A stretch of DNA of 33,900 nt from positions 1 to 33,900 of the IMG/VR virus record IMGVR_UViG_3300035533_000020, one strand, 5' to 3'. This stretch comes from a virus. Lineage: Duplodnaviria; Caudoviricetes. The position numbers were made by a program, and so were the translations under genes. The notes beneath the pieces were generated by a model. The model did no database searches, was not told the origin of the DNA, and saw only the letters and a program-made list of their open reading frames with translations. Shown in pieces: positions 8,761-18,216 of this stretch. Each line of letters starts with the position of its first letter. Within the stretch, counting starts at the first letter, position 1.

Positions 8761-9204
8761 ATGACAAAGAGACAAAAAGAGCTGCAAAAGCATCTTATAA
8801 AAGTATGCCACACGCTAAAAGCAAATAAGTTCCCTGATGATGATACTAGAAAAGATTATCTGTATATGACCTATGGGGTTGAGAGCTTGAGTGATATGAA
8901 TATCGACCAGCTTAAAGAGTTTGCTGTGTACCTTGGATATGGTAGAAAAAACAAGGCAAAGCCTGCAAATAAAGAGAAAGCTGAGGATGATGTATCAAAA
9001 GCAACACAAAGACAGATTGATACTATAGAGGGTATATGGTTTAGGATTGCAAGAGAGAAAACAGATTTTGCACTAAGAAACTATATCAACCGCATAGTTG
9101 GTTATAGACCTTTGTATTTGAGATTTTTGAGTCGAGACGAAGCTCAAAAAGTAATAAATGGATTGTTGCAGATGCAAAGGAGCTGGAATGAGAAAGGGCA
9201 GTAA
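8761..9204 (+). CDS. gemA: GemA/Mu gp16-like protein (DUF1018)
   Basis: DDTRKDYL...YGVESLSDM..DQL and ATQRQ...I..IW....AL..YI.R motifs; directly upstream of Mor. Confidence 0.8.
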   Translation: MTKRQKELQKHLIKVCHTLKANKFPDDDTRKDYLYMTYGVESLSDMNIDQLKEFAVYLGYGRKNKAKPANKEKAEDDVSKATQRQIDTIEGIWFRIAREKTDFALRNYINRIVGYRPLYLRFLSRDEAQKVINGLLQMQRSWNEKGQ

Positions 9205-9291
9205 CTTCCGCCAAAGTCACTGCCAAGCTTGTCGTTTTAACCGTAGTTACCCAAGCCGTTCGCTAGAAATTATACCAAATTGGGGGTTAAA

Positions 9292-9573
9292 ATGATAACT
9301 ACCGTTGACATTTTTGAAGAGTTTTTTCAAAAAGTGAAGCAGAGTGAGTCTATCTCGGACATCTATAGAGAGTATGGCGGCAGTTCTATTTATGTCCCTT
9401 CTTATAAGTCTGTGTGTAGAAATGAAGATATTTTAAAGGACTACGATAAGGCGATCACTAGTGGTGAGACAAGCTCTCAAGCAATAAGACGAATAGCAAA
9501 TGAATACGACTTGTCAGTGTCTCAAGTCTATGCCATAACAAAAGATGTTCGGGAACCGTCACTTTTTGACTAA
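9292..9573 (+). CDS. mor: Mor/C-family transcription activator
   Basis: YGGSSIYVP, RNEDI..DY and C-terminal HTH IANEYDLSVSQVYAI; ATG 9292 preferred to TTG 9280. Confidence 0.85.
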   Translation: MITTVDIFEEFFQKVKQSESISDIYREYGGSSIYVPSYKSVCRNEDILKDYDKAITSGETSSQAIRRIANEYDLSVSQVYAITKDVREPSLFD

Positions 9574-9652
9574 TTCCCGCCCATCGTTATATTTAAGGCT
9601 TCAATGCTTCAGCTTGAAGTTTTAATTATTGCGATAAAATTTTAAATGAGGA

Positions 9653-9913
9653 GTGCGTATGAATATGTTAACCGGTGGAGAGTGGAGTCAAAGCAGCTCT
9701 TATAGTGATAGAAGTATAGGGATGAGACATTGCAGTCCTAGTATGGACTTGAGCTTCTCTTTTAAAGAAGAGATGAAAACTTTGTTTGTTATATTGCTTA
9801 TCGGTTTATTTTTGCCAATAATAGTAGCGTTTATAGCTATTGTGCTTTTAATAGACTATGCTGCAAGTGTTTACAAGAGAGCTAAGGGGTGCAAATGCAA
9901 AGACCAAAGATGA
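9653..9913 (+). CDS. Hypothetical membrane protein (start uncertain)
   Basis: GAGGAG RBS near 9648; long hydrophobic C-terminal segment. Confidence 0.4.
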   Translation: MRMNMLTGGEWSQSSSYSDRSIGMRHCSPSMDLSFSFKEEMKTLFVILLIGLFLPIIVAFIAIVLLIDYAASVYKRAKGCKCKDQR

Positions 9914-10131
9914 TAATCATTGATGATTTCGGACCAGACATCGGTGAGCTACATTGTAAATGTGTTCCACCTTGCTTTATAGACAAAGAATCTGGGTTAT
10001 TTTCTTGCAAATTTCAACCATCATCGATTGACAGCAAAAGCCATACGAAAGAAACTTTATATTTTATGAACTTATGGCTAGATCATTTCAATGAGATTGT
10101 CAAAAAGCTAAAACAAAAAGAAGATGACTAG
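9889..10131 (+). CDS. Hypothetical protein
   Basis: ORF converging on the head operon with a 4-nt stop overlap. Confidence 0.45.
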   Translation: MQMQRPKMIIIDDFGPDIGELHCKCVPPCFIDKESGLFSCKFQPSSIDSKSHTKETLYFMNLWLDHFNEIVKKLKQKEDD

Positions 10132-10799
10132 ATCATCTTCTTTACTTCTTTTTTTACTTCCTCAGTCTTTTTAGACTGCTCTTTCAATAAACTATTTAAC
10201 TTCCCATCATAAGACTTTCCAGGATTATAATCAAACCCTTTGTCGGTAGAGCCTATCTTTCTTGATTTTGGAGTTATGCCAAGCCTTTTTGCTTTTGCTT
10301 CAGATATTGCATAAGCTAGACACCTGCACCCAAAACCATTACTTGGATAGAATGTATCCCAGAACGGATCATCTACATGTGCAACGATACCGTGCATGTT
10401 TGCATGAGATGGTCTTGTTTGTGAGTCAAGGATTGCAGAGTATCTTAAATATGGAAGATCATCTTTAGTAAGCTCATGCTTTTGCCATGCTCCAGCGTTC
10501 TTTGCTTGGTGCATATTTGTTTGATAGATGGTCTTGAGCCTAAAGTCTTGCCACCCTTTACTCTCCCAAAGCTCTTTAGTGCTTCTTTTCCACTCCTCAT
10601 ATCCCATACCCTCTTGAAGTGCATCTTTGATTGAGCCATAAGCAAACTCAAGCTCTTTTTGTTTTGATAGCTCAGCAACTGTGAAAGCCAAAGCTTTTGC
10701 TTTTTCAGATAGAGCTGCAAACTGCTCAGGAGTTACAAGAGATTTTTCCTTGAAATATTCAATAGCTTCTTGTGGAGTTATCTGACCAAAATCAAGCAT
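10128..10799 (-). CDS. Phage minor head protein (Mu gpF / SPP1 gp7 family)
   Basis: RLKTIYQTN, YSAILDSQTRPSH, DDPFW..FYPSNGFGCRC, GFDYNPG. Confidence 0.92.
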   Translation of the reverse strand: MLDFGQITPQEAIEYFKEKSLVTPEQFAALSEKAKALAFTVAELSKQKELEFAYGSIKDALQEGMGYEEWKRSTKELWESKGWQDFRLKTIYQTNMHQAKNAGAWQKHELTKDDLPYLRYSAILDSQTRPSHANMHGIVAHVDDPFWDTFYPSNGFGCRCLAYAISEAKAKRLGITPKSRKIGSTDKGFDYNPGKSYDGKLNSLLKEQSKKTEEVKKEVKKMI

Positions 10800-12183
10800 C
10801 TTTTATGATCCCGTAAAGTTCAGATATTAAAATGGCTTGATATATTGTCTCCTGATCAAGTGTACTTAAGCCATCAAGCTCTTTTAAAACATCATCAAAA
10901 CTCTTTGAAGAGTCAAGTATATCCATGAAGTTTGACTTTGACATGTTCACATTTTTTGTAAAGGACTCCACAAGCTTTTCAAACTCTAAAGCTTGATCTC
11001 TTGCTTTTTCCTCATCTTTATCCTCTGCTTTAAGACTGATTAAATGCTGTTTAAACGGTGCTTTATTGAGAAAAGAAGCGTTTGTGTTTTCGGTTGCATC
11101 TTCAACCTCTATATTGTAAGTCTTTTCAATATACTCTTTTTTAGGTCTGTAACCCATTTCAGAGATAGTCTTATCTCTAGTTGCAAGCTCTGTTTGAGGA
11201 TCATCTTCGTCTTTGATTTGCACCCATAGATCATCTTTGATGTCATTTATCTCTTTGAAATAGTTTGTGGCTGTATTTAAAACATGCTCAAGTATCTTTT
11301 TGTCTGTGTTGGCAAGGTCTTCTCTGATGTCATTGTGAACGCTCGCTGCAGCATGTGAACCACCCTTGACATCGCCTGTTAGATTACCGCCTAAGATAAC
11401 TCTGTTTATTTGGGTATCGCAGTAGTCTATAAGCTTATCAAAGTCACCCTTGCTGCCACTTGGGTGGATAAGCTCTATCTCTTCATCCGGATCAATCACT
11501 GCGGTGTCTCCACTTAGCATAGCGTTTATCTCTTCAGCTAGTCCATCGGCATCATCATCTGTCTTGCCTATCGTCCAAGGGCTTCCATACTTTTCAAGAA
11601 ACCTTACCCAAAACTTCAAAGAAGCATTTTTGAGTTTTACCGGGAAGTAAAGTTTTGATATGGTTCCGTTGCCGTATGGTTTGTTGAACCTTTTGCGATA
11701 TGTGGCTGTTATGATCTTATACTCTTGTATGTCGATGAGCTGACCATCAAGCATAAACTTAAGCTCATCATTTTTGTACTGAAAGCATCTGTAGTCTCTT
11801 TGCAGCAAGCTAGGAACATAAAGCCCGTCTTTAAGAGTCCAGTTGACCTCAAAAGTATTGAAGCCGTACATGTAAGTGTCTAGTATCTGTGATATCAATT
11901 CAGGTGTGAAAGCCTTTTCAAAGATATCTTTGTACTTTTCGTTTTCAGTTACGATGATGACCTCTTTTTTTTCAGTCACTGATTTTCTACTCTCATCGGC
12001 TTGCGATACAATTAGATCATCAAGTATCTTGTCAATATCCGCATCGCTTAAATTCCCTATGATAGGAGTTGCATCATAATCAAATAAAGTATCAATAAGA
12101 GCGTTGTTGTTTGCAACCACTGCTCTTCTTGTGTTGCTGTCTGCTTTGTTGGCTCTAAAGCCTTGTATTAATTTTTTAATCAT
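10792..12183 (-). CDS. Portal protein (Mu gp29 / DUF935)
   Basis: FW..FLEKYGSP, I...ILGGNLT, GSHAAASVHNDIR; lies between TerL and gpF. Confidence 0.9.
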   Translation of the reverse strand: MIKKLIQGFRANKADSNTRRAVVANNNALIDTLFDYDATPIIGNLSDADIDKILDDLIVSQADESRKSVTEKKEVIIVTENEKYKDIFEKAFTPELISQILDTYMYGFNTFEVNWTLKDGLYVPSLLQRDYRCFQYKNDELKFMLDGQLIDIQEYKIITATYRKRFNKPYGNGTISKLYFPVKLKNASLKFWVRFLEKYGSPWTIGKTDDDADGLAEEINAMLSGDTAVIDPDEEIELIHPSGSKGDFDKLIDYCDTQINRVILGGNLTGDVKGGSHAAASVHNDIREDLANTDKKILEHVLNTATNYFKEINDIKDDLWVQIKDEDDPQTELATRDKTISEMGYRPKKEYIEKTYNIEVEDATENTNASFLNKAPFKQHLISLKAEDKDEEKARDQALEFEKLVESFTKNVNMSKSNFMDILDSSKSFDDVLKELDGLSTLDQETIYQAILISELYGIIKDA

Positions 12184-13864
12184 CTATCCCTCCAGGTCTT
12201 TGTCTTTTGACTCTGTTTGATCTTCTTTTTTTATTGACTCTTTTTTTAGAGAGCTTTGAGATCATGTAAGCACCTTGAAGACTGTCCGGTGCATCATCGT
12301 TGTCCCCCTCTGGAAACTCCTCAAGCTGACTTATCAAAAGAGTGTGACTCTTGTGCATAAGTATCTCACCGTTTTCGATTGGCAGCTCTAGCTCCTCTAT
12401 CCTTGTCTCTTTGTTTTGATAGTTATTTATGCCTTTTAGAGGCAAGTGTACTTTTGCATCAAAAGCAGCTTCAAGCAACCAACCTTTCAAGAAGAACTGA
12501 CCACCGTTCGTCTCTACTCCTACAATTTTGCACTTGTAAAGCTTTTGAAAGTCAATCACTTTGTTTATGATCTTTCTTGCAGGCATAACTTCCACATGTG
12601 ACTCAAGGACATAGCCTTTTCTTTGCTGCTTGTGTATTCCAAGAACCGTTATGGCTGTGTAGTCACTTTTCTTTTTATCTCCAGCTGGGTCAACCCACAT
12701 GAAATATTGATCGCACTTTGGAGGAGTGCTATAGAAGTGCATCTTCTCTTTTTTGAACTTTTGAGCATCACTTAAAGGATTGTTCATCTGCTCTTTGTTG
12801 AATGCTTTTGGGTTCTCAGCTCTTATTTGCATAAGCTTATCTATAGGCAGAGCCTCTTTCCAAAGAACCTCTGCACCCTCGTCCATCTCTTTTTTGTTTT
12901 TATTGTAGTACCTATTAGCCTCACCGACTCCCATGTTTTTATATATAAAGCCGTACTCTTCCCACATATCCATACGCTTTGGAAAAGTGATGATTGATTG
13001 AAACTTTTTAGGGTTCCAAAACTGCAGCTTGAGCTTTCTTGAGAGTACCGAGTCTCTATGCAGTATGGTTCCTATGTAGATCACATCCATAGTTCTATCT
13101 GCAGAACCAAGGTTAAGCACCGCTTCATCAACCCAGTCTTCAAGCTTGTCTCTTTGGGCTTTGCTTCTTACATTGGTGTCGTTCTCAAGATCATCAAGAA
13201 TTGCAAGGTCTGGTCTATACACACCAAACTTAACACCTCTTAGCCTCTTACCGCTACCAAAGGCTTTCATTTTTACTTTGTTTTTAGTGACAAACTCTCC
13301 CACTTTCCAAACTGGTCCGACTCCGCAAACATCAGGAAAATCTGCTCTTAGGTTTTCGTTGTCTTCAAGCTCAACCTTGATAGCTTCAAGGTTACCCTCT
13401 ACAAGCTCAACCGCATCACTGATCTCTACGATAAAACGCTTTTTATTAAATACGATACACCACAAAGGAAAGAGCTGTGCCGTGTAGGTTGTTTTTGCGT
13501 GACCCCTTGGAGCTGCAATGGCGTGCTTCTCTCCATCATCTGACCAAGTAACCTGAGTAAACGCCTCTTCAAGGTGCTCATGCAGTTTGTTTTTACCCTC
13601 TATTGAGAAGTAGTGAGGGAAGTATGTGTGTGCGAAGTACTCGAAGTCGTGCTCTGCTCTTTGTGCTCTCTCGTCTCTTGTCTTTGGATCAAGAGTTGCA
13701 TTTGAGAGAATTTGACCTCTTAGCTCAGACTTTAGATCGTCAAGCCAGGTGATAAAATCTTTTCTTGTGAGCTTCTTGATGGTCTTTTCGTCTTTACCCT
13801 GGGTCTCATAGCTGCTTCTTGTCTCTTCAAGAAACGCATCAAGCTCCTCTTTGCTAAACAACAT
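12176..13864 (-). CDS. terL: Terminase large subunit
   Basis: Walker A APRGHAKTT, Walker B AILDDLEND, nuclease WVDPA, SDYTA, DDAPDSL. Confidence 0.93.
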   Translation of the reverse strand: MLFSKEELDAFLEETRSSYETQGKDEKTIKKLTRKDFITWLDDLKSELRGQILSNATLDPKTRDERAQRAEHDFEYFAHTYFPHYFSIEGKNKLHEHLEEAFTQVTWSDDGEKHAIAAPRGHAKTTYTAQLFPLWCIVFNKKRFIVEISDAVELVEGNLEAIKVELEDNENLRADFPDVCGVGPVWKVGEFVTKNKVKMKAFGSGKRLRGVKFGVYRPDLAILDDLENDTNVRSKAQRDKLEDWVDEAVLNLGSADRTMDVIYIGTILHRDSVLSRKLKLQFWNPKKFQSIITFPKRMDMWEEYGFIYKNMGVGEANRYYNKNKKEMDEGAEVLWKEALPIDKLMQIRAENPKAFNKEQMNNPLSDAQKFKKEKMHFYSTPPKCDQYFMWVDPAGDKKKSDYTAITVLGIHKQQRKGYVLESHVEVMPARKIINKVIDFQKLYKCKIVGVETNGGQFFLKGWLLEAAFDAKVHLPLKGINNYQNKETRIEELELPIENGEILMHKSHTLLISQLEEFPEGDNDDAPDSLQGAYMISKLSKKRVNKKRRSNRVKRQRPGGIDD

Positions 13865-14339
13865 CGATATTTCCTAAACCGTCAACAAACTCTTTATCTT
13901 CAAGCAGCTCGACAATCTTTTCAATGCATCTTTTATCAGAACTTTGTCTAAACTCTGAAACGATAAGCTGCACAACTCTTTTTGCTATTGCAAGCTTGTA
14001 ACTTTCAGGGTCTTCGTAGGATGCAACTTTTTTCATCTTTGAAAAGCTGTCTCCTAGTTGCACCAGGGCACTTGCTTTTTCATTTGCTTTTAGGCTTGAC
14101 TCCCTGATCTCTTTAACAGCAAGATACATCTCTTCGATAAAGTTTTGGTAGATGACTACTTTATCATCTCCTCTTTTATCAAGATATCCTGCAGCTCTTA
14201 GCTCATCCCAGTCACCGTCACCGCTTTTGTAGTTGTTTATTGTCTTTGGGCTTTTAGATAGTATTTGAGCTATCTTTGCGGTCTCAAAGCCTTTTAAATA
14301 CAATTCTTTTGCTAAATCTTTTGTGTTGCTCTTAGCCAT
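13854..14339 (-). CDS. Putative terminase small subunit (DUF1804-like)
   Basis: N-terminal HTH followed by GDWDELRAA; directly upstream of TerL. Confidence 0.75.
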   Translation of the reverse strand: MAKSNTKDLAKELYLKGFETAKIAQILSKSPKTINNYKSGDGDWDELRAAGYLDKRGDDKVVIYQNFIEEMYLAVKEIRESSLKANEKASALVQLGDSFSKMKKVASYEDPESYKLAIAKRVVQLIVSEFRQSSDKRCIEKIVELLEDKEFVDGLGNIDVV

Positions 14340-14751
14340 AGTGCTTCCTTAGTTGTGATTCTAATACATCAATAATGTCTTCTTTATCATTTTTGTTAAT
14401 ACCAAGAAAAGGTCTTGCATCCATGTGCTTGGTACCAAAATGAATGTGCTTTCCATAGTTTACGGTCGGACCAATCTTTACAAAACCTACTCCAGTCTCC
14501 CAGGTTACTTTTTTGAGTTGACCATAGATTTGAAGTATTTTTTTACCTTTGGTTTTTTTGGTCTCTTTTTTTCTTCTCTTCCAAGGGTTGCCTTGTGGAT
14601 CAACCTCGTCCTCAAATCTCTCTATTGTATTTGAGGTTATAACTTGCCCGATGTTTTGCAGTGCTTTTTTTAAAGGAGCTTCACCAAGTAGCTTAAAGTC
14701 ATTTAGCTTGTCTTGTATCTGCTCTAGTCCATAAACTCTAATTTGAAGCAT
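14332..14751 (-). CDS. Virion morphogenesis protein (Mu gpG / P2 gpS family)
   Basis: RFEDEVDPQGNPW, GPTVNYG..IHFG, ARPFLGI. Confidence 0.88.
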   Translation of the reverse strand: MLQIRVYGLEQIQDKLNDFKLLGEAPLKKALQNIGQVITSNTIERFEDEVDPQGNPWKRRKKETKKTKGKKILQIYGQLKKVTWETGVGFVKIGPTVNYGKHIHFGTKHMDARPFLGINKNDKEDIIDVLESQLRKHYG

Positions 14752-14762
14752 TTAATCGACCT

Positions 14763-15161
14763 TTAAAGACCTGTTAAATCTAGCTTATCGCTATTATGCA
14801 CAAAGCTTCTTTTTCTTTGAGTAGGTGCTTTTTTACTATCACTTGATGTGATATCAGTAGGTATCTTCTTTGCAGACATTTTTAAAAGCATAGACTCGGC
14901 TCGCTCTCTTGTGTCTTTTGTTGACTCTTTTGGAAAGCCTTGTCTTTTTTTTAGCTCAACAATCGTCAAGTCCGCAGCAATATCTCTAAGAAGTGGAGTC
15001 GGACTTGTAGGTATGATGATAAAAGAGCTGATAAAAGAGATTGCATCGCTTATACAATCATCAATAATGTTTTGATCTAGCTCACCTGATCCGTTAACAT
15101 CACTTAGCTCAGTTAACTCTCTTTGAGATATCTCTTTTAGCAAATCTTCATTAGTTATCAT
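14763..15161 (-). CDS. Head-tail adaptor (Mu gp36 / DUF1320)
   Basis: EL.ELSD, I.DA...I.S, P.LLRDIAADL motifs; follows the capsid gene. Confidence 0.8.
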   Translation of the reverse strand: MITNEDLLKEISQRELTELSDVNGSGELDQNIIDDCISDAISFISSFIIIPTSPTPLLRDIAADLTIVELKKRQGFPKESTKDTRERAESMLLKMSAKKIPTDITSSDSKKAPTQRKRSFVHNSDKLDLTGL

Positions 15162-15251
15162 AGTCCACCTTTGTAATAGCGTTTAAACACCGTTTAAAAT
15201 CGCCGTAAATCATTTAAAATCTTTTTTTAGTATCTTTTATAGGGTACATAT

Positions 15252-15277
15252 AGAAAAGGGCTTTTAAGCCCCTTTCT
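15252..15277 (-). terminator. Intrinsic terminator after the major capsid gene
   Basis: Minus strand AGAAAGGGGCTT-AA-AAGCCCTTTTCT hairpin with T-run, just after the capsid stop. Confidence 0.65.
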
Positions 15278-15285
15278 GTTCGTTT

Positions 15286-16269
15286 TTACGAATTGATATA
15301 TTTTAGCTTGATTAAAGCACCTGGTCTTACACACACCGGAAGCGGTCTTGTCTCTGAAATGATAGAGTAGCCTTTTCCTTTTGGTAGTGGCTCTGGTGAT
15401 GCAGAGAAAAACAGCTTTGGAGCTTTGTTTAAAGCTTGTGTATGGTTTGCTCTTCCGTAATAAAGCTTATATACATCCATGCTGTCAGGCGTAACGATTG
15501 CTTCATTGTCTGCAATAAAGCTCTTTACAACACCTTTTGAGTTTTTATGCTTTGCAGTATATGGGATGAACTTTTTACCGTAAACCTCAAGAACTCTTTT
15601 TTCATTCTCGTTGATCCATTTAGCTTGACCTTGCTCAAAAAGCTTTTCAGTCGTAGCTCTATCAGCAAGACCTGAGATGAAAGTTCTTGATGCAAGGATA
15701 GAGTAACCAACTTCAGTTCCAAGCTCTTCCACAAGTGCATCATCAATCTCGTTTAAACTTGTGATAATGCTTTTTGAAGCTTTGAACTCTTTTTGAGCAG
15801 CACCGCTTGAGAACTCAAATAGTGTGTTGCCTTTTCCGTCCATAACTTTACCAAATAGTGCACCGATACTCATGTACTCAATCGTAGTCATAAAAGAGTC
15901 TTTGTGCTCTTTTAACTTTTCACCTATCATTTGTGATAGTGCTTGAACTTTGTCTTCTTTGCCATCAAGTGCTTTAAGCTCATTGAGGTCAGATGCACTG
16001 ATGATATCTTCGAGTGGGAACCTTGGTAAGGAAACTGTTAAGATATACTTATCAGTTGTGTCTTGGATTAGATGCTCTGCATTTTTAGAGACACTCTCTA
16101 AAATAATACCTGCACCTTTTTTGATTGGGATATCAACTGATGTTCCCATAACGCCTTTTCTTGATTTGAAATACTTATCAAAAGCGAACGATGGTGCCGT
16201 TTTTGTTTGGCCGATGATCTCCATCATCGCTGCAACTGTAAACAGTTTTAAGATCTCATTTTCATTCAT
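15286..16269 (-). CDS. Major capsid protein (phage capsid E-like family)
   Basis: 327 aa, T.EYM..GAL.GK and SETRPLPV..RP motifs; follows protease and decoration genes; followed by a terminator. Confidence 0.85.
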   Translation of the reverse strand: MNENEILKLFTVAAMMEIIGQTKTAPSFAFDKYFKSRKGVMGTSVDIPIKKGAGIILESVSKNAEHLIQDTTDKYILTVSLPRFPLEDIISASDLNELKALDGKEDKVQALSQMIGEKLKEHKDSFMTTIEYMSIGALFGKVMDGKGNTLFEFSSGAAQKEFKASKSIITSLNEIDDALVEELGTEVGYSILASRTFISGLADRATTEKLFEQGQAKWINENEKRVLEVYGKKFIPYTAKHKNSKGVVKSFIADNEAIVTPDSMDVYKLYYGRANHTQALNKAPKLFFSASPEPLPKGKGYSIISETRPLPVCVRPGALIKLKYINS

Positions 16270-16280
16270 TTTCTACTCCC

Positions 16281-16721
16281 TTATTTAGTGATGATTTTGT
16301 TGTCGAACAATTTGGCTCTTAGAGCATCCTCGAACCCGATAAGGTTTGCCTCAACTACTGTACCGCATACAAGCACTGCTGATGCACCCGTTGTTTCAAG
16401 TCTGTCAACTAAAACACCGTTTGCATTCCATAGACCTTTGTCCGTCCACTTTGTGTCGTCCGTTCCTGGCTCTACTGTGTTTGCATCAGCCTTGCTTTTC
16501 CAGATATGCCCTAGGTGATAAACAGTTTCACCCGTTGCAAACTCTCCAGCCTCCCATTGATCTTCTTGCAAGATATCCCAAGTTAGACCACCGTCTATGC
16601 TTGTTAGCAAAGTACCAATCTCTAAACTCTCGACACCAACTGGAACGATAACCGTCCCGTTTACTGCGATGACACTGTTTGCTACAACATCATCGTATCT
16701 GTTACCAAGTTTTACTAACAT
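16281..16721 (-). CDS. Head decoration protein with internal carbohydrate-binding-like module
   Basis: Between protease and capsid genes; L.IGTLL...ANGVL...VLVCG.V framework around a W..GE.V...G.IW...PG....W insert. Confidence 0.65.
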   Translation of the reverse strand: MLVKLGNRYDDVVANSVIAVNGTVIVPVGVESLEIGTLLTSIDGGLTWDILQEDQWEAGEFATGETVYHLGHIWKSKADANTVEPGTDDTKWTDKGLWNANGVLVDRLETTGASAVLVCGTVVEANLIGFEDALRAKLFDNKIITK

Positions 16722-16735
16722 CTTCTCTCCTTAAT

Positions 16736-17137
16736 TTAGTTTAAAGCCATTTTTACGACATCAAAACCGTTGTCGCTTCCGCCAGGCTCACCTTTGTTTG
16801 GATACATATTGTTTCCTGGAGCTTGTCTTGGCTCTTTTTGAAACTTCAAGAACTCCTCAAAACCTTCTAAGTCGGCTTTACAGTATTTGATAGCCCACGA
16901 TCTTTGATCCCCAGTGATTTTGTTTGCCGAAATAGCTGCATCAACTTTTGTCTCAGCAAGCTGCTCTTTTAGTTTTTCAACTTCACTGGCTTCATTGTTT
17001 TGTGTAGAAGCGTTGCTTTGCTCCTCCTGGTTAGTTCCAGGGTTTTGTTCTTGCCCAGCATTATTTTCAGTTGTTGCAGGAGTTTGTGTAGTTTGCTCTT
17101 GCTCACCAGGTTGATTGTTTTCAGTCTCTTTTCCCAT
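16736..17137 (-). CDS. Internally initiated scaffold protein (Mu gpZ equivalent, 133 aa)
   Basis: In-frame ATG at 17137 with perfect AGGAGG 5 nt upstream (17148-17143). Confidence 0.65.
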   Translation of the reverse strand: MGKETENNQPGEQEQTTQTPATTENNAGQEQNPGTNQEEQSNASTQNNEASEVEKLKEQLAETKVDAAISANKITGDQRSWAIKYCKADLEGFEEFLKFQKEPRQAPGNNMYPNKGEPGGSDNGFDVVKMALN

Positions 17138-17635
17138 GTTTTCCTCCTTTTGGGTTTTTTTATTGGCATACACTTCGCCAAGCTCATCGAGAAACGGCGT
17201 GTTTGTTAGAGCTACGGAGTGAAGCGTTATGCCTGAATATGCGTTTGTCTCTTTGTCATAAGTCTCAAACACATACACTGGAGATACATATTTGTACTCA
17301 CCTTTTTTGATATACTCGGCGGCTTTTTCCGTCCACTGCAGATATGCCATAAGCTTATCACCCTCAATCTCTAGCTTATGTACCCAACCAGCTGCGGGTG
17401 CCTCAGTTCCGTAAAGCGTTTGATGCTCATAGTCAATCACGATCAGCTCTTGCTTTGAGTTATCAAAGTTATCCTTGATTTGTTTCAAGTCTTCAAGGGT
17501 TATTTTAAAAGAGCCGCTAGGATGACCGTGCCACTCCCCTACAACTCCTACAACAATTACAACTTCATTTTCATTATCCCCCTTTTTGGTGTCCTTTAAA
17601 GGAAAGATACCTTTTCTACAAAGTATATTTTTCAA
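16736..17635 (-). CDS. Prohead protease/scaffold (Mu gpI)
   Basis: IDYEHQT, APAAGW, WT..A...I..GEYKYVSPV, SVALTNTPFL; TTG start with GAGGAGGAG RBS. Confidence 0.92.
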   Translation of the reverse strand: MKNILCRKGIFPLKDTKKGDNENEVVIVVGVVGEWHGHPSGSFKITLEDLKQIKDNFDNSKQELIVIDYEHQTLYGTEAPAAGWVHKLEIEGDKLMAYLQWTEKAAEYIKKGEYKYVSPVYVFETYDKETNAYSGITLHSVALTNTPFLDELGEVYANKKTQKEENMGKETENNQPGEQEQTTQTPATTENNAGQEQNPGTNQEEQSNASTQNNEASEVEKLKEQLAETKVDAAISANKITGDQRSWAIKYCKADLEGFEEFLKFQKEPRQAPGNNMYPNKGEPGGSDNGFDVVKMALN

Positions 17636-18078
17636 AACTCCTCCTCATCTATTAAGTCGATAGTCTCTTCATAAAGAACCGCTTTGAAGTTTCTTACATA
17701 GACACTCAGATAACCATGATCCGTGATGCCGTCAAAAATCTTCTTTGAAGCGATTAGTTTAATAGGAGAGCTATTTGTAAAGCTTCTATCAATCAAGCTT
17801 TTGTCTATCGCTTCCATAAAAGCAATAATTTCATGCCTACTCTTTTCTCTGTAGGTTTCGTGCTTGGAGGATGTTGTACCTACAATATATAGGTTCCACC
17901 TGCACTCTTTGGAGTAAGTATCAATATACTCGTCACCATCAAAGTCAATAAAAACTATAGGCTCACCCTTGACACAAGCTTCAAGCTCAGTGGGATTATC
18001 AAACTCACCAAGGTAAGAGCGAACCTCACCTATAGTTTTTAAATGGTCTTTTAACTCTGTTTCAAACTGATCAACCAT
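17632..18078 (-). CDS. Putative tail terminator / head-tail joining protein (Mu gp37-like)
   Basis: V.SY.GEF, P.VFIDFDG motifs; first gene of the head operon. Confidence 0.6.
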   Translation of the reverse strand: MVDQFETELKDHLKTIGEVRSYLGEFDNPTELEACVKGEPIVFIDFDGDEYIDTYSKECRWNLYIVGTTSSKHETYREKSRHEIIAFMEAIDKSLIDRSFTNSSPIKLIASKKIFDGITDHGYLSVYVRNFKAVLYEETIDLIDEEEF

Positions 18079-18125
18079 GCAACTTCCAAATTTTTTCCGC
18101 CATTTTTACATTTATTAACGCCGAC

Positions 18126-18216
18126 AATCTATAAAGGTTTTTTAGCAAATCTTTTTATAAAGGGCTTTTTGCAAGGGCTTTATAAAAAGAATTTGTATAA
18201 AAAATAAGAATAGATT
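18126..18216. promoter_or_regulatory. Divergent late promoter region with dyad symmetry
   Basis: Perfect 13-bp inverted repeat TCTTTTTATAAAG (18150-18162) / CTTTATAAAAAGA (18178-18190), outer AATCTA/TAGATT, between divergent operons. Confidence 0.65.
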
